Shown piece after piece: positions 38,938 through 49,530 of a stretch of DNA of 64,000 bases; within the stretch, counting starts at the first letter, position 1; every line of letters begins with the position of its first letter. The position numbers and the translations under genes were made by a program. The notes under the pieces are model-generated. The model saw only the letters and a program-made list of their open reading frames with translations, was not told the DNA's origin and made no database searches. Origin of the DNA: an uncultured bacterium (GTDB taxonomy: Bacteria; Eisenbacteria; RBG-16-71-46; CAZAMP01); the NCBI GenBank assembly GCA_964486455.1, contig CAZAMP010000006.1:32949-96948 (forward strand), given 5' to 3'.

Positions 38938-39084
38938 TTTGAGACCTCCGACAGGGTTGTGAACCTCCGCCCCCGTCGCGCCCACGCCTCACCGGCGGTG
39001 CCGGCACCATGAGTGCAGTGGATCGGGGGGCGTGTGTGATACGCGGCCGGCCGCGGCCGACCGCGCTTGAAACGCAATCGTGAT

Positions 39085-39480
39085 CTAGCGCTTCGAGAAC
39101 TGGAAGCGCTTACGGGCCTTCGGCTGACCCGGCTTCTTGCGCTCTGTAATCCGTGCGTCGCGCGTCAGCAACCCGTTCTCGCGGAGCTTACCCTTGAGGT
39201 CAGGCTCGGCCTTCAGGAGGGCCCGGGCGATGCCCAACCGCATTGCACCGGCCTGGCCGGACTTGCCGCCGCCGGTGACCCGTACTGAAACGTCGTACTG
39301 TCCGCGCCGTTCCGTGATGACGAGACCGCGTTCCGCCTCGATAACAAGCGTATCGCGATCGAAGTAGCTCAACGGCGAGGCACCATTCACGGTCAACGTG
39401 CCGCTCCCCGCCGTGAGTCGTACGCGGGCGATGGCTTCTTTCCTGCGGCCGACGGCCACGTGAAATTGGTCTGCGCTCAA
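39085..39480 (-). CDS. rpsI: 30S ribosomal protein S9
   Basis: ...GGGKSGQAGAMRLGIARAL...KKPGQPKARKRFQFSKR C-terminus. Confidence 0.92.
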   Translation of the reverse strand: MSADQFHVAVGRRKEAIARVRLTAGSGTLTVNGASPLSYFDRDTLVIEAERGLVITERRGQYDVSVRVTGGGKSGQAGAMRLGIARALLKAEPDLKGKLRENGLLTRDARITERKKPGQPKARKRFQFSKR

Positions 39481-39521
39481 GCTCCTGCTCCTCTTCGAGT
39501 GTCGTCAGAGATCGATCGGCG

Positions 39522-39986
39522 TCAGACGCCGCGCCCCTCGAGGACGCGCCCCTGAGTTCCCAGCTTGTGCACGATCGGCTGCTGCGACTCGTGCGGGTGA
39601 TCGGGTCCCCGATAGATTTTGAGCTTCGAGATCATCTTGCGACCCAGCTTTGTTTTCGGCAGCATGCCGCGGACCGCCAGTCTGATGATCTCCTCGGGCT
39701 TCTCCTTCTTCATCCGGCCGTACGAAGTAATCTTCTCCCCGCCCGGATAGCCGGAATGCCGGAAGTAGGTCTTCTGCTCGGGTTTGCGGCCGGTCAAATG
39801 AACGCGCTCGCAATTGACGACGATGACGTGATCACCAACGTCCACATGCGGCGTGTATGTGGGCTTCCATTTCCCACGCAAGATCATCGCGATTTCCGAC
39901 GCCATCCGACCCAGCGTTTGTCCCTCGGCATCAACGACATACCAGGACCGACGCACGTCTTCCGCCCGGGTGGATACGGTCTTCAT
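39522..39986 (-). CDS. rplM: 50S ribosomal protein L13
   Basis: [30 protein letters not shown]... matches the L13 N-terminus. Confidence 0.92.
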   Translation of the reverse strand: MKTVSTRAEDVRRSWYVVDAEGQTLGRMASEIAMILRGKWKPTYTPHVDVGDHVIVVNCERVHLTGRKPEQKTYFRHSGYPGGEKITSYGRMKKEKPEEIIRLAVRGMLPKTKLGRKMISKLKIYRGPDHPHESQQPIVHKLGTQGRVLEGRGV

Positions 39987-40095
39987 GATCTATGTCCTCC
40001 CAACAATATGTCCTACCGGCGAATAAGCTACATGGAATTCAAAGGCCAGTAAGCTTACGAAGCTGAGGCCGATCGGTCAAGTCCCAAAACGACGC

Positions 40096-41196
40096 CTATT
40101 TGACCGCGGATTCGGCCAGGCGCTCGAACGGTGGCCGGAAGACCCCTTTCTCGGTGATGATCCCGCTGAGCAGGGTCGCGGGGGTGACGTCGAAGGCCGG
40201 ATTGTAAGCCTCCACCCCACCCGGGGTAGTCGAAAGACCGCTCCATGCAAGCACTTCGCCCGCATCCCGCTCCTCGATCTCGATCCGTCCCCCCTCAGGG
40301 CAGGCCGGGTCGATAGTCGAGCTAGGAGCCACCACATAGAACGGGACCCCCGCCTCGCGGGCCGCCAGCGCGACCCCATAGCTTCCGATCTTGTTGGCGG
40401 CATCACCGTTGGCCGCGACGCGGTCGGCGCCGATGAAGACCGCCTCGATCCGTTTGTGTTTGAGGCACCATGCCGCGGCCCCGTCGCACTGTACGGTCAC
40501 TGGGATACCGGTGCGCTTGAGCTCCCACGCCGTGAGCCGGGCTCCCTGGAGTAGCGGACGGGTCTCATCGGCGAACACCTCCGGACGCTTGCCCATCGCC
40601 TGGGCCGCATAGACGACCGCCAGCGCTGTTCCCAATCCGCCGGTTGCGAGCCCGCCGGTGTTGCAGTGCGTCAGCACTCTCGGCGTATCCGAAAGGAGGT
40701 TCGCGCCGTGCTCTCCCATGCGACGGCTCATCTCGAGATCCTCTTCGAGGATGAGATCCGCTTCGGTGAGCAGGCGGTCGGCGACCGGCCCCCCGGCAGT
40801 GCGCGCCGCATCGATCGATCGCCGCATTCGATCACACGCCCAGAAGAGATTGACGGCCGTGGGCCGGGCCGTTTCGAGATAGTCCGCCGCGGATCGAGCG
40901 GCTTCGGCCGCTCGTGCGTCGTCCCCTCGTTCAGGCCAGGCGCCGAGAAGCACACCGTACGCTGCCGCTATACCGATCGCGGGTGCCCCGCGCACACGGA
41001 GCGCCCGAATCGCCTCATGCACTGACTCGATCGAGTCCAGCTCCAGATAGACTTCGCGATCCGGAAGCAACGTCTGATCGAGCATCCGGATCACACCATC
41101 CCGCCATCGAACCGTTTCGATCACGATCCATCCTCCAGTTGCCGGATGAGCCGGATCAGCAGTGTGATCGGCAACCCGACGACATTGAAATAGCAC
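40096..41196 (-). CDS. mtnA: S-methyl-5-thioribose-1-phosphate isomerase (eIF-2B alpha/beta/delta family)
   Basis: ...MLDQTLLP... and ...LTHCNTGGLATGGLGTALAVV... motifs. The annotated start overlaps maf by about 76 bp, so the true start may be an internal GTG or TTG. Confidence 0.8.
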   Translation of the reverse strand: MLFQCRRVADHTADPAHPATGGWIVIETVRWRDGVIRMLDQTLLPDREVYLELDSIESVHEAIRALRVRGAPAIGIAAAYGVLLGAWPERGDDARAAEAARSAADYLETARPTAVNLFWACDRMRRSIDAARTAGGPVADRLLTEADLILEEDLEMSRRMGEHGANLLSDTPRVLTHCNTGGLATGGLGTALAVVYAAQAMGKRPEVFADETRPLLQGARLTAWELKRTGIPVTVQCDGAAAWCLKHKRIEAVFIGADRVAANGDAANKIGSYGVALAAREAGVPFYVVAPSSTIDPACPEGGRIEIEERDAGEVLAWSGLSTTPGGVEAYNPAFDVTPATLLSGIITEKGVFRPPFERLAESAVK

Positions 41197-41738
41197 CCAT
41201 TGAGTGCGGCGATGAAGGCGCTCCCGAGCGCCTGTGCCCCATAGGCTCCTGCCTTGTCGAGCGGCTCGCCCGTTCGGACGTAGGCCACGATCTCATCGGT
41301 CGCGAGCTCTCTGAACGTGACTTCGGTGCGCGACGTGTCCACGATCGACCGATCGCCTTTCGTGACCGCCACGCCCGTGATGACGTCGTGCGTCCTACCG
41401 GAAAGCCGACCGAGCATCGTGACGGCATCGGCCTCGTCCACCGGCTTGCCGAGAACATCGCCGTCGACGACCACAATCGTGTCGGCCGCGATCACGAGCC
41501 GGCCCGGATGGTTCGCGGCAATCGTGCGCACCTTTTCCGACGCGAGACGGGCGGCCTGTGCGTCAGGCGACTCTCCGTCCAATGCGGTTTCATCGACGTC
41601 GGGCGGTTCCACGATCACGACCAGACCCAACCGTTCCAGAAGCTCCAATCGCCGTGGCGACGACGACGCCAGGATGACAGGCTCGTCCTGACCGTAAACC
41701 ACGCGACGCGCGAAGTCGGCTTCGGCAATCCGGCTCAT
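41121..41738 (-). CDS. maf: Maf-family nucleoside triphosphate pyrophosphatase
   Basis: ILASSSPRRLELLERLGL... N-terminal Maf signature. Confidence 0.85.
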   Translation of the reverse strand: MSRIAEADFARRVVYGQDEPVILASSSPRRLELLERLGLVVIVEPPDVDETALDGESPDAQAARLASEKVRTIAANHPGRLVIAADTIVVVDGDVLGKPVDEADAVTMLGRLSGRTHDVITGVAVTKGDRSIVDTSRTEVTFRELATDEIVAYVRTGEPLDKAGAYGAQALGSAFIAALNGCYFNVVGLPITLLIRLIRQLEDGS

Positions 41739-42172
41739 GGGCTCTCCACGATCAGCGTCACCGGCCCATCGTTGACGACCTCAACGTCCATCATAGCCCC
41801 GAACGACCCGCCGACGACGTGGAGTCCTTCCGCGGACAGATGACGCATGAATCCCTGGTACAGCGGCTCAGCGATCTCCGGCGGCGCCGCCCGGTCGAAT
41901 GACGGCCGCTTCCCCTTGCGACAGTCCCCGTAGAGCGTGAACTGACTCACGACCAGCGCGGCACCCCCCACCTCCACGACGGATCGGTTCATCTTCCGGG
42001 CATCGTCCGGGAATATCCGAAGCCCCGCACACTTGCGCGCGAGCCACTCAGCGTCGGACCCGGCGTCTCCCTTCTCGACCCCGAGCAGAATGACGAGCCC
42101 GATTCCCATCTCAGACTCGCCGCCGTCCCAGCTCACCCGCGCCCTCGAAACTCGTTGAATGACAGCTCGCAT
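41735..42172 (-). CDS. dtd: D-aminoacyl-tRNA deacylase
   Basis: MRAVIQRVSRARV...GIGLVILLGVEKGD... and ...SQFTLYGD... motifs. 145 aa. Confidence 0.88.
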   Translation of the reverse strand: MRAVIQRVSRARVSWDGGESEMGIGLVILLGVEKGDAGSDAEWLARKCAGLRIFPDDARKMNRSVVEVGGAALVVSQFTLYGDCRKGKRPSFDRAAPPEIAEPLYQGFMRHLSAEGLHVVGGSFGAMMDVEVVNDGPVTLIVESP

Positions 42173-42624
42173 CTCCCTATTCCCAGATATGTTACGACAT
42201 GTAATTGAGAGCGGCCCGGGGGTAGGGTCCGCACGAGGACGCGCGCCCGCTCCGCTCGGCTATCCGCCTTCGGCGGATGATCCTCACGTCGCTCCCTGCG
42301 ACGCGCCTCTCCGCGGACCCCACGCCCCGGACCCTTCCATCGCGTGAAAGCATGTCGGCGATAGGTCTCTCTCGCAACGCACGTATCACCTTGCTCAGCT
42401 CCTTCGCCGCCGCTCCCCCCACCTCAAGGTCGGGCGGCTCAGTACTCCCAACACGGCTACTCGCCTCCGACCCTGGAGGTCGCGTCGCGCCGGGGCGATC
42501 GCGTCAGGCCATCGCCGAAGCTCAGCTGCGGGCCGAGCTGGCGCGGGACTGGCTCTGCCAGGACCGTGACAGATCGTGACCGCCAGCTGAAGTGACTAGA
42601 CATCGCAATGTGTCCTTGATCACC

Positions 42625-43305
42625 TCACTTGCATTCCGGATTGGGAGAAACGGCGATCACATCGCCCTTTGCATGATATCCGGAGTCGCCTTCAACTTCC
42701 CCCGTCAACACATCAATGTCGACCCACTGCCCTTTCCTTCCTCCCGCAGGATGAGCCCTCGAACCGGTGACCCGCCATCGGTAGCTTTCGTCGGCGTGCG
42801 AGTACCGAAGTTCGAAATGCCACGGCCGATCACTTTCCATTAGGCCATAGGCGGATGCGATCACGGCAGCTGAGTCCTTCATCACGGGAAAACTACAGCC
42901 TCCCGGTTCAAGGTGGCATGGGAGATCGATTTCGCGAATCCGCGCTGTATACGGCTCGCCCTCAGCCAGAAGCACGTCTATGTGCATGTAGGAATCCATC
43001 CAAGGGCGATCTGCCAACAACAGATCGAAAGGAACTACGGATTGCCTGCCACTTACCATCCGGAACGCTGGCCCGGATAAGGTGCAGGTGACAGCGTTCT
43101 CATAGAACGTAGGGTTGAACTCCTTGGCGACATAGCGCTCGGCGAAACGAACAACTGAAGTATCCCGCTCCACCCCACCGATTTGATCAGAACTGCCCTC
43201 GCTACACTCCGCCTCTGGCGACCACGGGTTGCACAGAAACGATAACACCAGAGCCAGCAGACAACCTACTCTGACTCGCTTGCCTGATCTCATTGACCTA
43301 GCCAT
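42625..43305 (-). CDS. Hypothetical secreted protein (signal peptide; Cys-containing, about 226 aa)
   Basis: N-terminal MARSMRSGKRVRVGCLLALVLSFLC signal-like segment. Start overlaps the relA/spoT stop by 8 bp. No recognisable family. Confidence 0.4.
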   Translation of the reverse strand: MARSMRSGKRVRVGCLLALVLSFLCNPWSPEAECSEGSSDQIGGVERDTSVVRFAERYVAKEFNPTFYENAVTCTLSGPAFRMVSGRQSVVPFDLLLADRPWMDSYMHIDVLLAEGEPYTARIREIDLPCHLEPGGCSFPVMKDSAAVIASAYGLMESDRPWHFELRYSHADESYRWRVTGSRAHPAGGRKGQWVDIDVLTGEVEGDSGYHAKGDVIAVSPNPECK

Positions 43306-45499
43306 CCCACGTGTCGTCGTTTTCGCGATCGGTCGGCATGGGCTCGCGGACGATATCGAGGACGCCCCGGATCTTCCGGATCGCGGCCACGACGCGGCGA
43401 AGGTGCTTCATGTTTTGAACTTCGACGACGAATATCCCGCGCGCCTCGCTACCATCCGCCCCCATGTCCGCCCTGCGGATGTTCGTGTTCGTCGATGAGA
43501 CGGCGCTCGCGATGTCCGCAAGCAGGCTCTGGCGCTCGAGACCGTAGACGACGAGCCGCGCGAGAAACGACGGTGCGCCCTGCACGTCCCAGTCGATCAC
43601 GACGCGACGGTCTTTGCCGACCCGCTCGTCGAAGGCGTTCGGGCAGTCCTCGCGATGAACGCTGATCCCACGTCCCCGAGTGATGACGCCGATGACGCGT
43701 TCGCCGGGAATCGGGCTGCAGCACTTCGCGATTCGAAACATCAGGTTGTCCATCGTCTCGAAGCGGATGCCGCGTCCAGGTCGAAACTGCGGCAGCGCGC
43801 GGATCTTCTCGAAGCCCTCTCGGAGCTTTCCCTTCGGAGGAGCGGGATAGAGCTTGTTGAAGATCTGCTGGGGCGAGACATCCCCTCTCCCCAGCGCAGC
43901 CAGAACATCGAGCGTCGACGAGAAACCCACCGCCTGCGCGATATCCTCCAGGTCGCGGTCCTTGGGGATCTTCTTTCGCTCCTTGCGAAGCAGCTTTTCC
44001 AGCAGCTCCCGCCCAAGCAGGATTGAGTCCTCACGGACACGCGCCCGCAGCGACTGCCGGATTTTGTTTCTCGCCTTCGGGCTCTGAACGATGGCCAGCC
44101 AGTCTTCGCTGGGCTGGGCCGATGTTGACGTAATGATTTGCACCGCCTCGCCGTTTCGCAGCTGGTAGCGTAGCGGGACGATTCGTCCATTGACCCTCGC
44201 GCCCACGATATGATTCCCAAGCTCGGTGTGCACCGCAAAGGCCATGTCGATCGGTGTCGAACCCTTCGGGAGCTTCATCAGGTCGCCCTTCGGCGTGAAC
44301 ACAAAGACTTCGTCCTGATAGAACGACCGCCGGAGAAGATCCATCACCTCGCTGGGATCGCTCTCCCCCTCGAGTCCCTCGGACGCGGTTTGCATGATGC
44401 CGCCGAACTTCTCGGCGAACTCACGGTCGATCTCGCTTCCTTCTTTGTACGAGTAGTGAGCCGCGACACCATAGTTGGCGACCCGGTGCATTTCGCGCGT
44501 CCGAATCTGCACCTCGACCATCCGGCGCTGTGGTCCGTAGACCGTCGTGTGCAGCGACTGATACATGTTGCTCTTGGGCGTGGCGACGTAGTCATCGAAC
44601 CGCTCGGCCACGGGCGTGAAGAGATTGTGAATCACGCCGAGGACGCGATAGCAATCGTTCGTATCCTGCGTGATGATTCGCACGCCGAGAAGATCGTGAA
44701 GCTCGCCGAACGGCACCCCGGTCCGTTTCGATTTGTTGTAGATCGAGTGGAAGTGCTTGGGGCGTCCGGTCACATCGGCTTTGATCCCCAGTTTGGCGAT
44801 CTCCTCCTCGATGATCGACTTGAACGCCTCGATCTGCCCCTCCCGCGCGTCACGTTTTGAGGAAACCTCGCCCGCGATGTCGCGGTAGGCGGCCGGGTCG
44901 AGGTACTTGAGGGCCAGATCTTCCAGCTCCCACTTCAGCGCACCGATCCCGAGGCGATGAGCGAGCGGCGCGTAGATGTCTCGCGTTTCGCGGGAGATCT
45001 GCTTCTGCTTCTCCGAACGGAGGTACTGCAGCGTGCGCATGTTGTGAAGTCGGTCGCAGAGCTTGACGAGGATCACGCGAAGGTCGGTGGCCATCGCCAG
45101 GATGAGCTTTCGATAGTTCTCCACCTGGTCCGCCTCCGGACTGGTGAAGGCGAGATGGCTGATCTTGGTGACTCCGTCGACCAGAGTGGCGACTTCGTTC
45201 CCGAACTTCTCCTCGAGCTCCCCGATCCCGATCCCGGTGTCCTCCACGACGTCGTGAAGCAGGGCCACGCCGAGCACGACCTCATCGGTCCGCTGCTCCA
45301 ACAGCCGGGTGATACCGAGCGCGACCTCGAGGGAGTGAATGACGTACGGCTCGCCGGAGAGGCGCTTCTGCCCGTGGTGTGCCTCCACGGCGTAGTCGAC
45401 GGCACGCGCGGCGGCGGGACGATCCACGGATGCGCCGACCTCGTCAAGGAGAGAGAAGAGTTCGTTTCGCTTGGCGTCTATGGGGGTTTCAGCCGCCAT
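43298..45499 (-). CDS. relA: Bifunctional (p)ppGpp synthetase/hydrolase RelA/SpoT family
   Basis: HD hydrolase domain (HHGQKRLSGEPYVIHSLEV...LLHDVVEDT), synthetase domain, TGS and ACT regions. Start set at MAAETPID (ATG 45499), abutting the recJ stop. Confidence 0.88.
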   Translation of the reverse strand: MAAETPIDAKRNELFSLLDEVGASVDRPAAARAVDYAVEAHHGQKRLSGEPYVIHSLEVALGITRLLEQRTDEVVLGVALLHDVVEDTGIGIGELEEKFGNEVATLVDGVTKISHLAFTSPEADQVENYRKLILAMATDLRVILVKLCDRLHNMRTLQYLRSEKQKQISRETRDIYAPLAHRLGIGALKWELEDLALKYLDPAAYRDIAGEVSSKRDAREGQIEAFKSIIEEEIAKLGIKADVTGRPKHFHSIYNKSKRTGVPFGELHDLLGVRIITQDTNDCYRVLGVIHNLFTPVAERFDDYVATPKSNMYQSLHTTVYGPQRRMVEVQIRTREMHRVANYGVAAHYSYKEGSEIDREFAEKFGGIMQTASEGLEGESDPSEVMDLLRRSFYQDEVFVFTPKGDLMKLPKGSTPIDMAFAVHTELGNHIVGARVNGRIVPLRYQLRNGEAVQIITSTSAQPSEDWLAIVQSPKARNKIRQSLRARVREDSILLGRELLEKLLRKERKKIPKDRDLEDIAQAVGFSSTLDVLAALGRGDVSPQQIFNKLYPAPPKGKLREGFEKIRALPQFRPGRGIRFETMDNLMFRIAKCCSPIPGERVIGVITRGRGISVHREDCPNAFDERVGKDRRVVIDWDVQGAPSFLARLVVYGLERQSLLADIASAVSSTNTNIRRADMGADGSEARGIFVVEVQNMKHLRRVVAAIRKIRGVLDIVREPMPTDRENDDTWDG

Positions 45500-47211
45500 C
45501 AATCGATCTTCAGATCCTTCACCCGAAGCTGTAGCCGCTCGCGACCCCGCCACCGATTGATCGTGGGCACGAACGCGATCGAGAAGCGCTGTCCGGGGCG
45601 ATCGATATCATCCGCCTTGTCACCCATTCCAAAGGCGATGCACTCGCGCGTGTGACCTTCCTGATACGCCATCATCTTCAGATGCTGGCCTCGATCTCCC
45701 AGTCGTTCGGGCGCCTCGAGAAGCTGTACGTCGCGGGCCATGAAAACGGGCTCCGCGTTCTCGTATCCGAAGGGGGCAAGAGCCTCGCACCGAAGCGCAA
45801 GCTCCTTGGTGCTCGCCTCGAGCGTGAGTTGCTCTTCGATATCCAGCCGAGGCCGCATGTCGATCTCTTCCAGTGCCGGTCGCGACACCTCGATGAACCG
45901 GTTGCGGAAATCGTCGAGCGCCGATTTCGTGATCTTGAGACCGATGGCGTACTTGTGGCCGCCCCACTCCTCGAGCAGATCCGCGCAGTGCGCGAGAACG
46001 CCCACCATGTCGAAGCCGTCGATCGCCCGCCCCGATCCGCGTCCCTCGAACTCGTCGGTGGCTACCAATATTGTCGGCACGCGGTAGCGGTCCACGAGCC
46101 GGGAGGCAACGATCCCCAGGACGCCGGGGTGCCAACCATCCGACCAGAGGATCAGCGGCACGGCCCCGGAGGCGGAGAACTGAGCCTGGGCCATCTCTTC
46201 CGCTTCTTCCAGCATCGACTCGTCGATCTTGCGTCGGTCCGCGTTGTTCCGCTCCAGCTTCTCGGCGAGCGCGCGCGCCTCGTCCTCGTCTTGGGAGAGC
46301 AGCAGCCGGATGCTCGTCGCCGAATCGCCCAGACGGCCGGCCGCGTTGATTCTCGGCGCGAGCGCGAAAGCAACATGGCCGGATTCGATTGTCTTGCCGG
46401 AAAGACCGGAGCTGCGGATGAGCGCGACGATCCCCGGACGCTTGGTGACGGAGAGCCGCTTGAGACCTTCACGTGAGAGGATCCTGTTCTCACCCGTCAA
46501 CGGCACCACGTCGGCGATAGTCCCGAGTGCCACGAGATCGAGGTGGCAGCCCAGCAGATCATCTTCGCCGTTCGCTCGGTGCTTGAGCAGCCCCTGCAGA
46601 AGCTTGTACGCGACGCCGACGCCGGCGAAGTGCTTGAACGAATACCCGCAATCCGGGCGCTTGGGATTGACGACCGCGATGGCCGCGGGAAGCTCGTCGC
46701 CGATCTCATGATGGTCGGTGATGATCGTATCGATGCCACGCGAGGTCGCCAGCTTCACGGGTTCGAGCGCGCCGATGCCGCAGTCGGCCGTCAGAATCAG
46801 CTTGGCGCCGGTTTTCTCCGCATGCTCGACCGCTTTGCTCGATAGGCCGTATCCGTCCTCAATCCGATGCGGGATGAAGTAATCCGTTTCTGCACCGAGT
46901 TCTTGGAGAACGCTGACGAGAAGCGCCGTCGCCGTGGTGCCATCCACATCGTAGTCGCCGTGCACGAGGATCCGCTCGCCGCCCTCGACGGCATGCGCGA
47001 GGCGCTCGATGGCGCGATCCAGGTCACGCAGCTCGGAAGGATCGCCGAGATCCGACATTGATGGGCTGAGGAACTGTGTAGCGGTCGACGTGTTGGTGAT
47101 TCCACGCCGGCATAGGAGGCGCGCGAAGGCGGATGACAGACCAAGCCCCTCCTGAAGTCTTGAGACGACCTCTGGATCAGGTGGCTCGGCTAGCTTCCAC
47201 GCGGTCTCCAT
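45499..47211 (-). CDS. recJ: Single-stranded-DNA-specific exonuclease RecJ
   Basis: DHH motifs (ILVHGDYDVDGTTATALL, ...DHH...) and DHHA1 region. 570 aa. Confidence 0.88.
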   Translation of the reverse strand: METAWKLAEPPDPEVVSRLQEGLGLSSAFARLLCRRGITNTSTATQFLSPSMSDLGDPSELRDLDRAIERLAHAVEGGERILVHGDYDVDGTTATALLVSVLQELGAETDYFIPHRIEDGYGLSSKAVEHAEKTGAKLILTADCGIGALEPVKLATSRGIDTIITDHHEIGDELPAAIAVVNPKRPDCGYSFKHFAGVGVAYKLLQGLLKHRANGEDDLLGCHLDLVALGTIADVVPLTGENRILSREGLKRLSVTKRPGIVALIRSSGLSGKTIESGHVAFALAPRINAAGRLGDSATSIRLLLSQDEDEARALAEKLERNNADRRKIDESMLEEAEEMAQAQFSASGAVPLILWSDGWHPGVLGIVASRLVDRYRVPTILVATDEFEGRGSGRAIDGFDMVGVLAHCADLLEEWGGHKYAIGLKITKSALDDFRNRFIEVSRPALEEIDMRPRLDIEEQLTLEASTKELALRCEALAPFGYENAEPVFMARDVQLLEAPERLGDRGQHLKMMAYQEGHTRECIAFGMGDKADDIDRPGQRFSIAFVPTINRWRGRERLQLRVKDLKID

Positions 47212-47377
47212 GTGCCAATTCCTTGCGTATGGTTAACCCTATGATACGAAAAGAGGGGCCGCCCATGCCAGGGAAAGCCCCTTCTCGGCCCCAATTCGAT
47301 TGACCGTGAGCGCCCCGATTTGACGACGCGTAACCTCTTACTATTGGGATCCAATATGCCGCCACCCGACAGACCTG

Positions 47378-48637
47378 TCAACGTCCTTGCGTCTGCGCGC
47401 CGATCGCCACGCGAAACGGCTGAAAGACGGCGAGCGCCGTCGTCTCGTCGGGCGAGTCCGGGTGGACACGCAGGATGCGGTTCTTGGCGGACTGGGCCAA
47501 CCAGAGCGCCTGAGTGCCCGGCTCGACCGAGATCGATGTAACGGAACCGAACGATTCCAGCTCCCGTTGTAGGCTCCCCGCCCCATCGAGTTCCAGGATC
47601 CGTCCGGAGCGATCGGCCACCCAGAGATGGCCGTCCTCGCCCAAGGCCATGCACTGCGGGCGGTCCACTTCCGCGGGGGGTGGCAGCTCGGAAAGGGAGT
47701 CGGTGTCGTAGGCGGCAACTCCTCCGGAGATGGGGTTCCCCGTCCAGACGCGCCGTCCCGGATCTACGGTCAAGATCATGACGGTCTTGTCCGCGGCGCC
47801 CGTGGTCGGCTCTTCCCCGATCGCCAATCGAGTGACCCCGCCCAACGGCCCGCCCGCCACGAAGCACGCGCCCGTCGTCGGATCGACATCCAGATCTTGG
47901 ACCTGCGCGGCGAGCGCGAACCGCGCTCGTTCGGCGCCTCCGAAGTCGAATACGATCACCTCCGACGTCACACCTCCCGACCAGGATCCGACCCAGACGA
48001 GCGAGTCGGCGGAGTCGACCGCGACACGATAGGGTAGCGACACATCGACGGCGCTTCTCTGCTTCCCCGTGACGTCGTAACGGACGAGCACACCCACGTA
48101 GTAGTCGACGGCCCAGACGTCCCCGCCCTCTTCGGGCACCTCGAGGTCGAATAAGAGACCGAACGTACCGGTTCGAAGCCGCAAGTGGCGCGCATCGGGC
48201 GCCGCGCGCACGAGACCGCTCGACGCCGCCTCGAGCACCCACACAGCGGCGGCTCCCGGTCGGGCCACCTTCTCGGGAAGCGACACGACGCTTCCGTCCG
48301 TCAGGCGAACGTCGAGTCGATACTGGAGATCGTGGTCGTTGACGAGGCCCGTGTCGCGATACGTCGTCGTCCTTAGAGAACCGATTCGCGTGACCAGATC
48401 CAACGGCCCCGCGCCCTCCCCGGCCCTGTAGATCTCGTAGCTCTCGAAACCGCGCGGCGGGACGCTCTCCCAGGTGAGATCCACCGCCCGGTGATCCGCC
48501 ACGGCGACGAGCCAGTCGGGCCGCCCATCCGTCTCGCCATTCAGCGGGTCGAGCGGGTTGGTGCGATCACGGCCTTCGCAGCCGATGAGGAATAGAGCGA
48601 TCAGCACGACGCATGTGGCGCGGATCAGAATTGCCAT
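47378..48637 (-). CDS. Putative lipoprotein with FN3-like segment and beta-propeller (NHL-like) repeats
   Basis: Lipobox LIGC after a hydrophobic N-terminus. Repetitive beta-strand-rich body. Overlaps the upstream PEGA gene stop. Confidence 0.45.
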   Translation of the reverse strand: MAILIRATCVVLIALFLIGCEGRDRTNPLDPLNGETDGRPDWLVAVADHRAVDLTWESVPPRGFESYEIYRAGEGAGPLDLVTRIGSLRTTTYRDTGLVNDHDLQYRLDVRLTDGSVVSLPEKVARPGAAAVWVLEAASSGLVRAAPDARHLRLRTGTFGLLFDLEVPEEGGDVWAVDYYVGVLVRYDVTGKQRSAVDVSLPYRVAVDSADSLVWVGSWSGGVTSEVIVFDFGGAERARFALAAQVQDLDVDPTTGACFVAGGPLGGVTRLAIGEEPTTGAADKTVMILTVDPGRRVWTGNPISGGVAAYDTDSLSELPPPAEVDRPQCMALGEDGHLWVADRSGRILELDGAGSLQRELESFGSVTSISVEPGTQALWLAQSAKNRILRVHPDSPDETTALAVFQPFRVAIGAQTQGR

Positions 48638-49530
48638 CTCGCCCCCACACGCACGGCGTCCGGTGATATCGATCCAGTAGGTCGAACGCCGTCCGCCTTG
48701 AAGAACGCGCCGTCAGTGAAGATCAGAATCGCCGACACAAAGCTCAGCTCGGCCACGACCCATGCGACCGTCGCGTACCTATCGTATCGATCGGCTCGAT
48801 CGAGCTCGCGATTCATCTCGGCGGGCAGCGCCGCTTCGGAGTATCGGTCGTAGGCGACGTCCGCCTCGTTCTTGAAGTGGAGCGCGAGGGCGGTGGAGCC
48901 GGCCCCCAGAAGGACGGTTCCCCATCCCGTCCACTGCTGTCCCCTCCCGGTGCCCTCACTGACCGCCTGTGCCGAGATCGGAAGCGGGCCCGTGGGATAC
49001 AGCGCAATCTCGATGAGATCGGCGCTCCTCAGTCGCTCCGCGCCGAGCTCTTCGGAGAAGTACCCGCCACGTGCGACACGGAGCGGCCCGGCATTCTCCC
49101 CGTCGTCGTGCCAACGAATGATCGTCGGCGTCGTCCCGAGCAATCGATCACCGCGCATGATCCTCGCCCCCGCCGGGTCGCTCTCGATCCGGATCAATCG
49201 TCCGACGGTCTCGCTGACGGCCATCGTCTCACGCTCAGCGACCGTGAACGCGTGGGCGGGAAGCGGTAGCGGTTCGAACTCGCCGGGCGGTCTGCTCCGA
49301 AACCAAACCTCGTGCGCGCCGGGAGGGACCGGGACGGGCTTGAGCGGCGTCCGACCGATGAACTCTCCGTCGAGATAGACGTAGGCGCCCGGCGGCGTCG
49401 ATGTCGCGAAGAATGCAGCGGAATCCGGGTCATCTGCCGATGCCGGCGCCGCCGGAGCGAGCATCATCAACGCCGCGATCAGCGCGAGTAAGCTATGACG
49501 ATTCGAACGCATACGCGTGACCTGAATCAT
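48625..49530 (-). CDS. PEGA-domain protein with signal peptide and C-terminal TM helix
   Basis: Two PxGAxVxLDGxxxGxTP-like PEGA motifs (PPGAYVYLDGEFIGRTPL; PAGARIMRGDRLLGTTPT). Signal peptide ...AAPASA. Confidence 0.6.
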   Translation of the reverse strand: MIQVTRMRSNRHSLLALIAALMMLAPAAPASADDPDSAAFFATSTPPGAYVYLDGEFIGRTPLKPVPVPPGAHEVWFRSRPPGEFEPLPLPAHAFTVAERETMAVSETVGRLIRIESDPAGARIMRGDRLLGTTPTIIRWHDDGENAGPLRVARGGYFSEELGAERLRSADLIEIALYPTGPLPISAQAVSEGTGRGQQWTGWGTVLLGAGSTALALHFKNEADVAYDRYSEAALPAEMNRELDRADRYDRYATVAWVVAELSFVSAILIFTDGAFFKADGVRPTGSISPDAVRVGARWQF

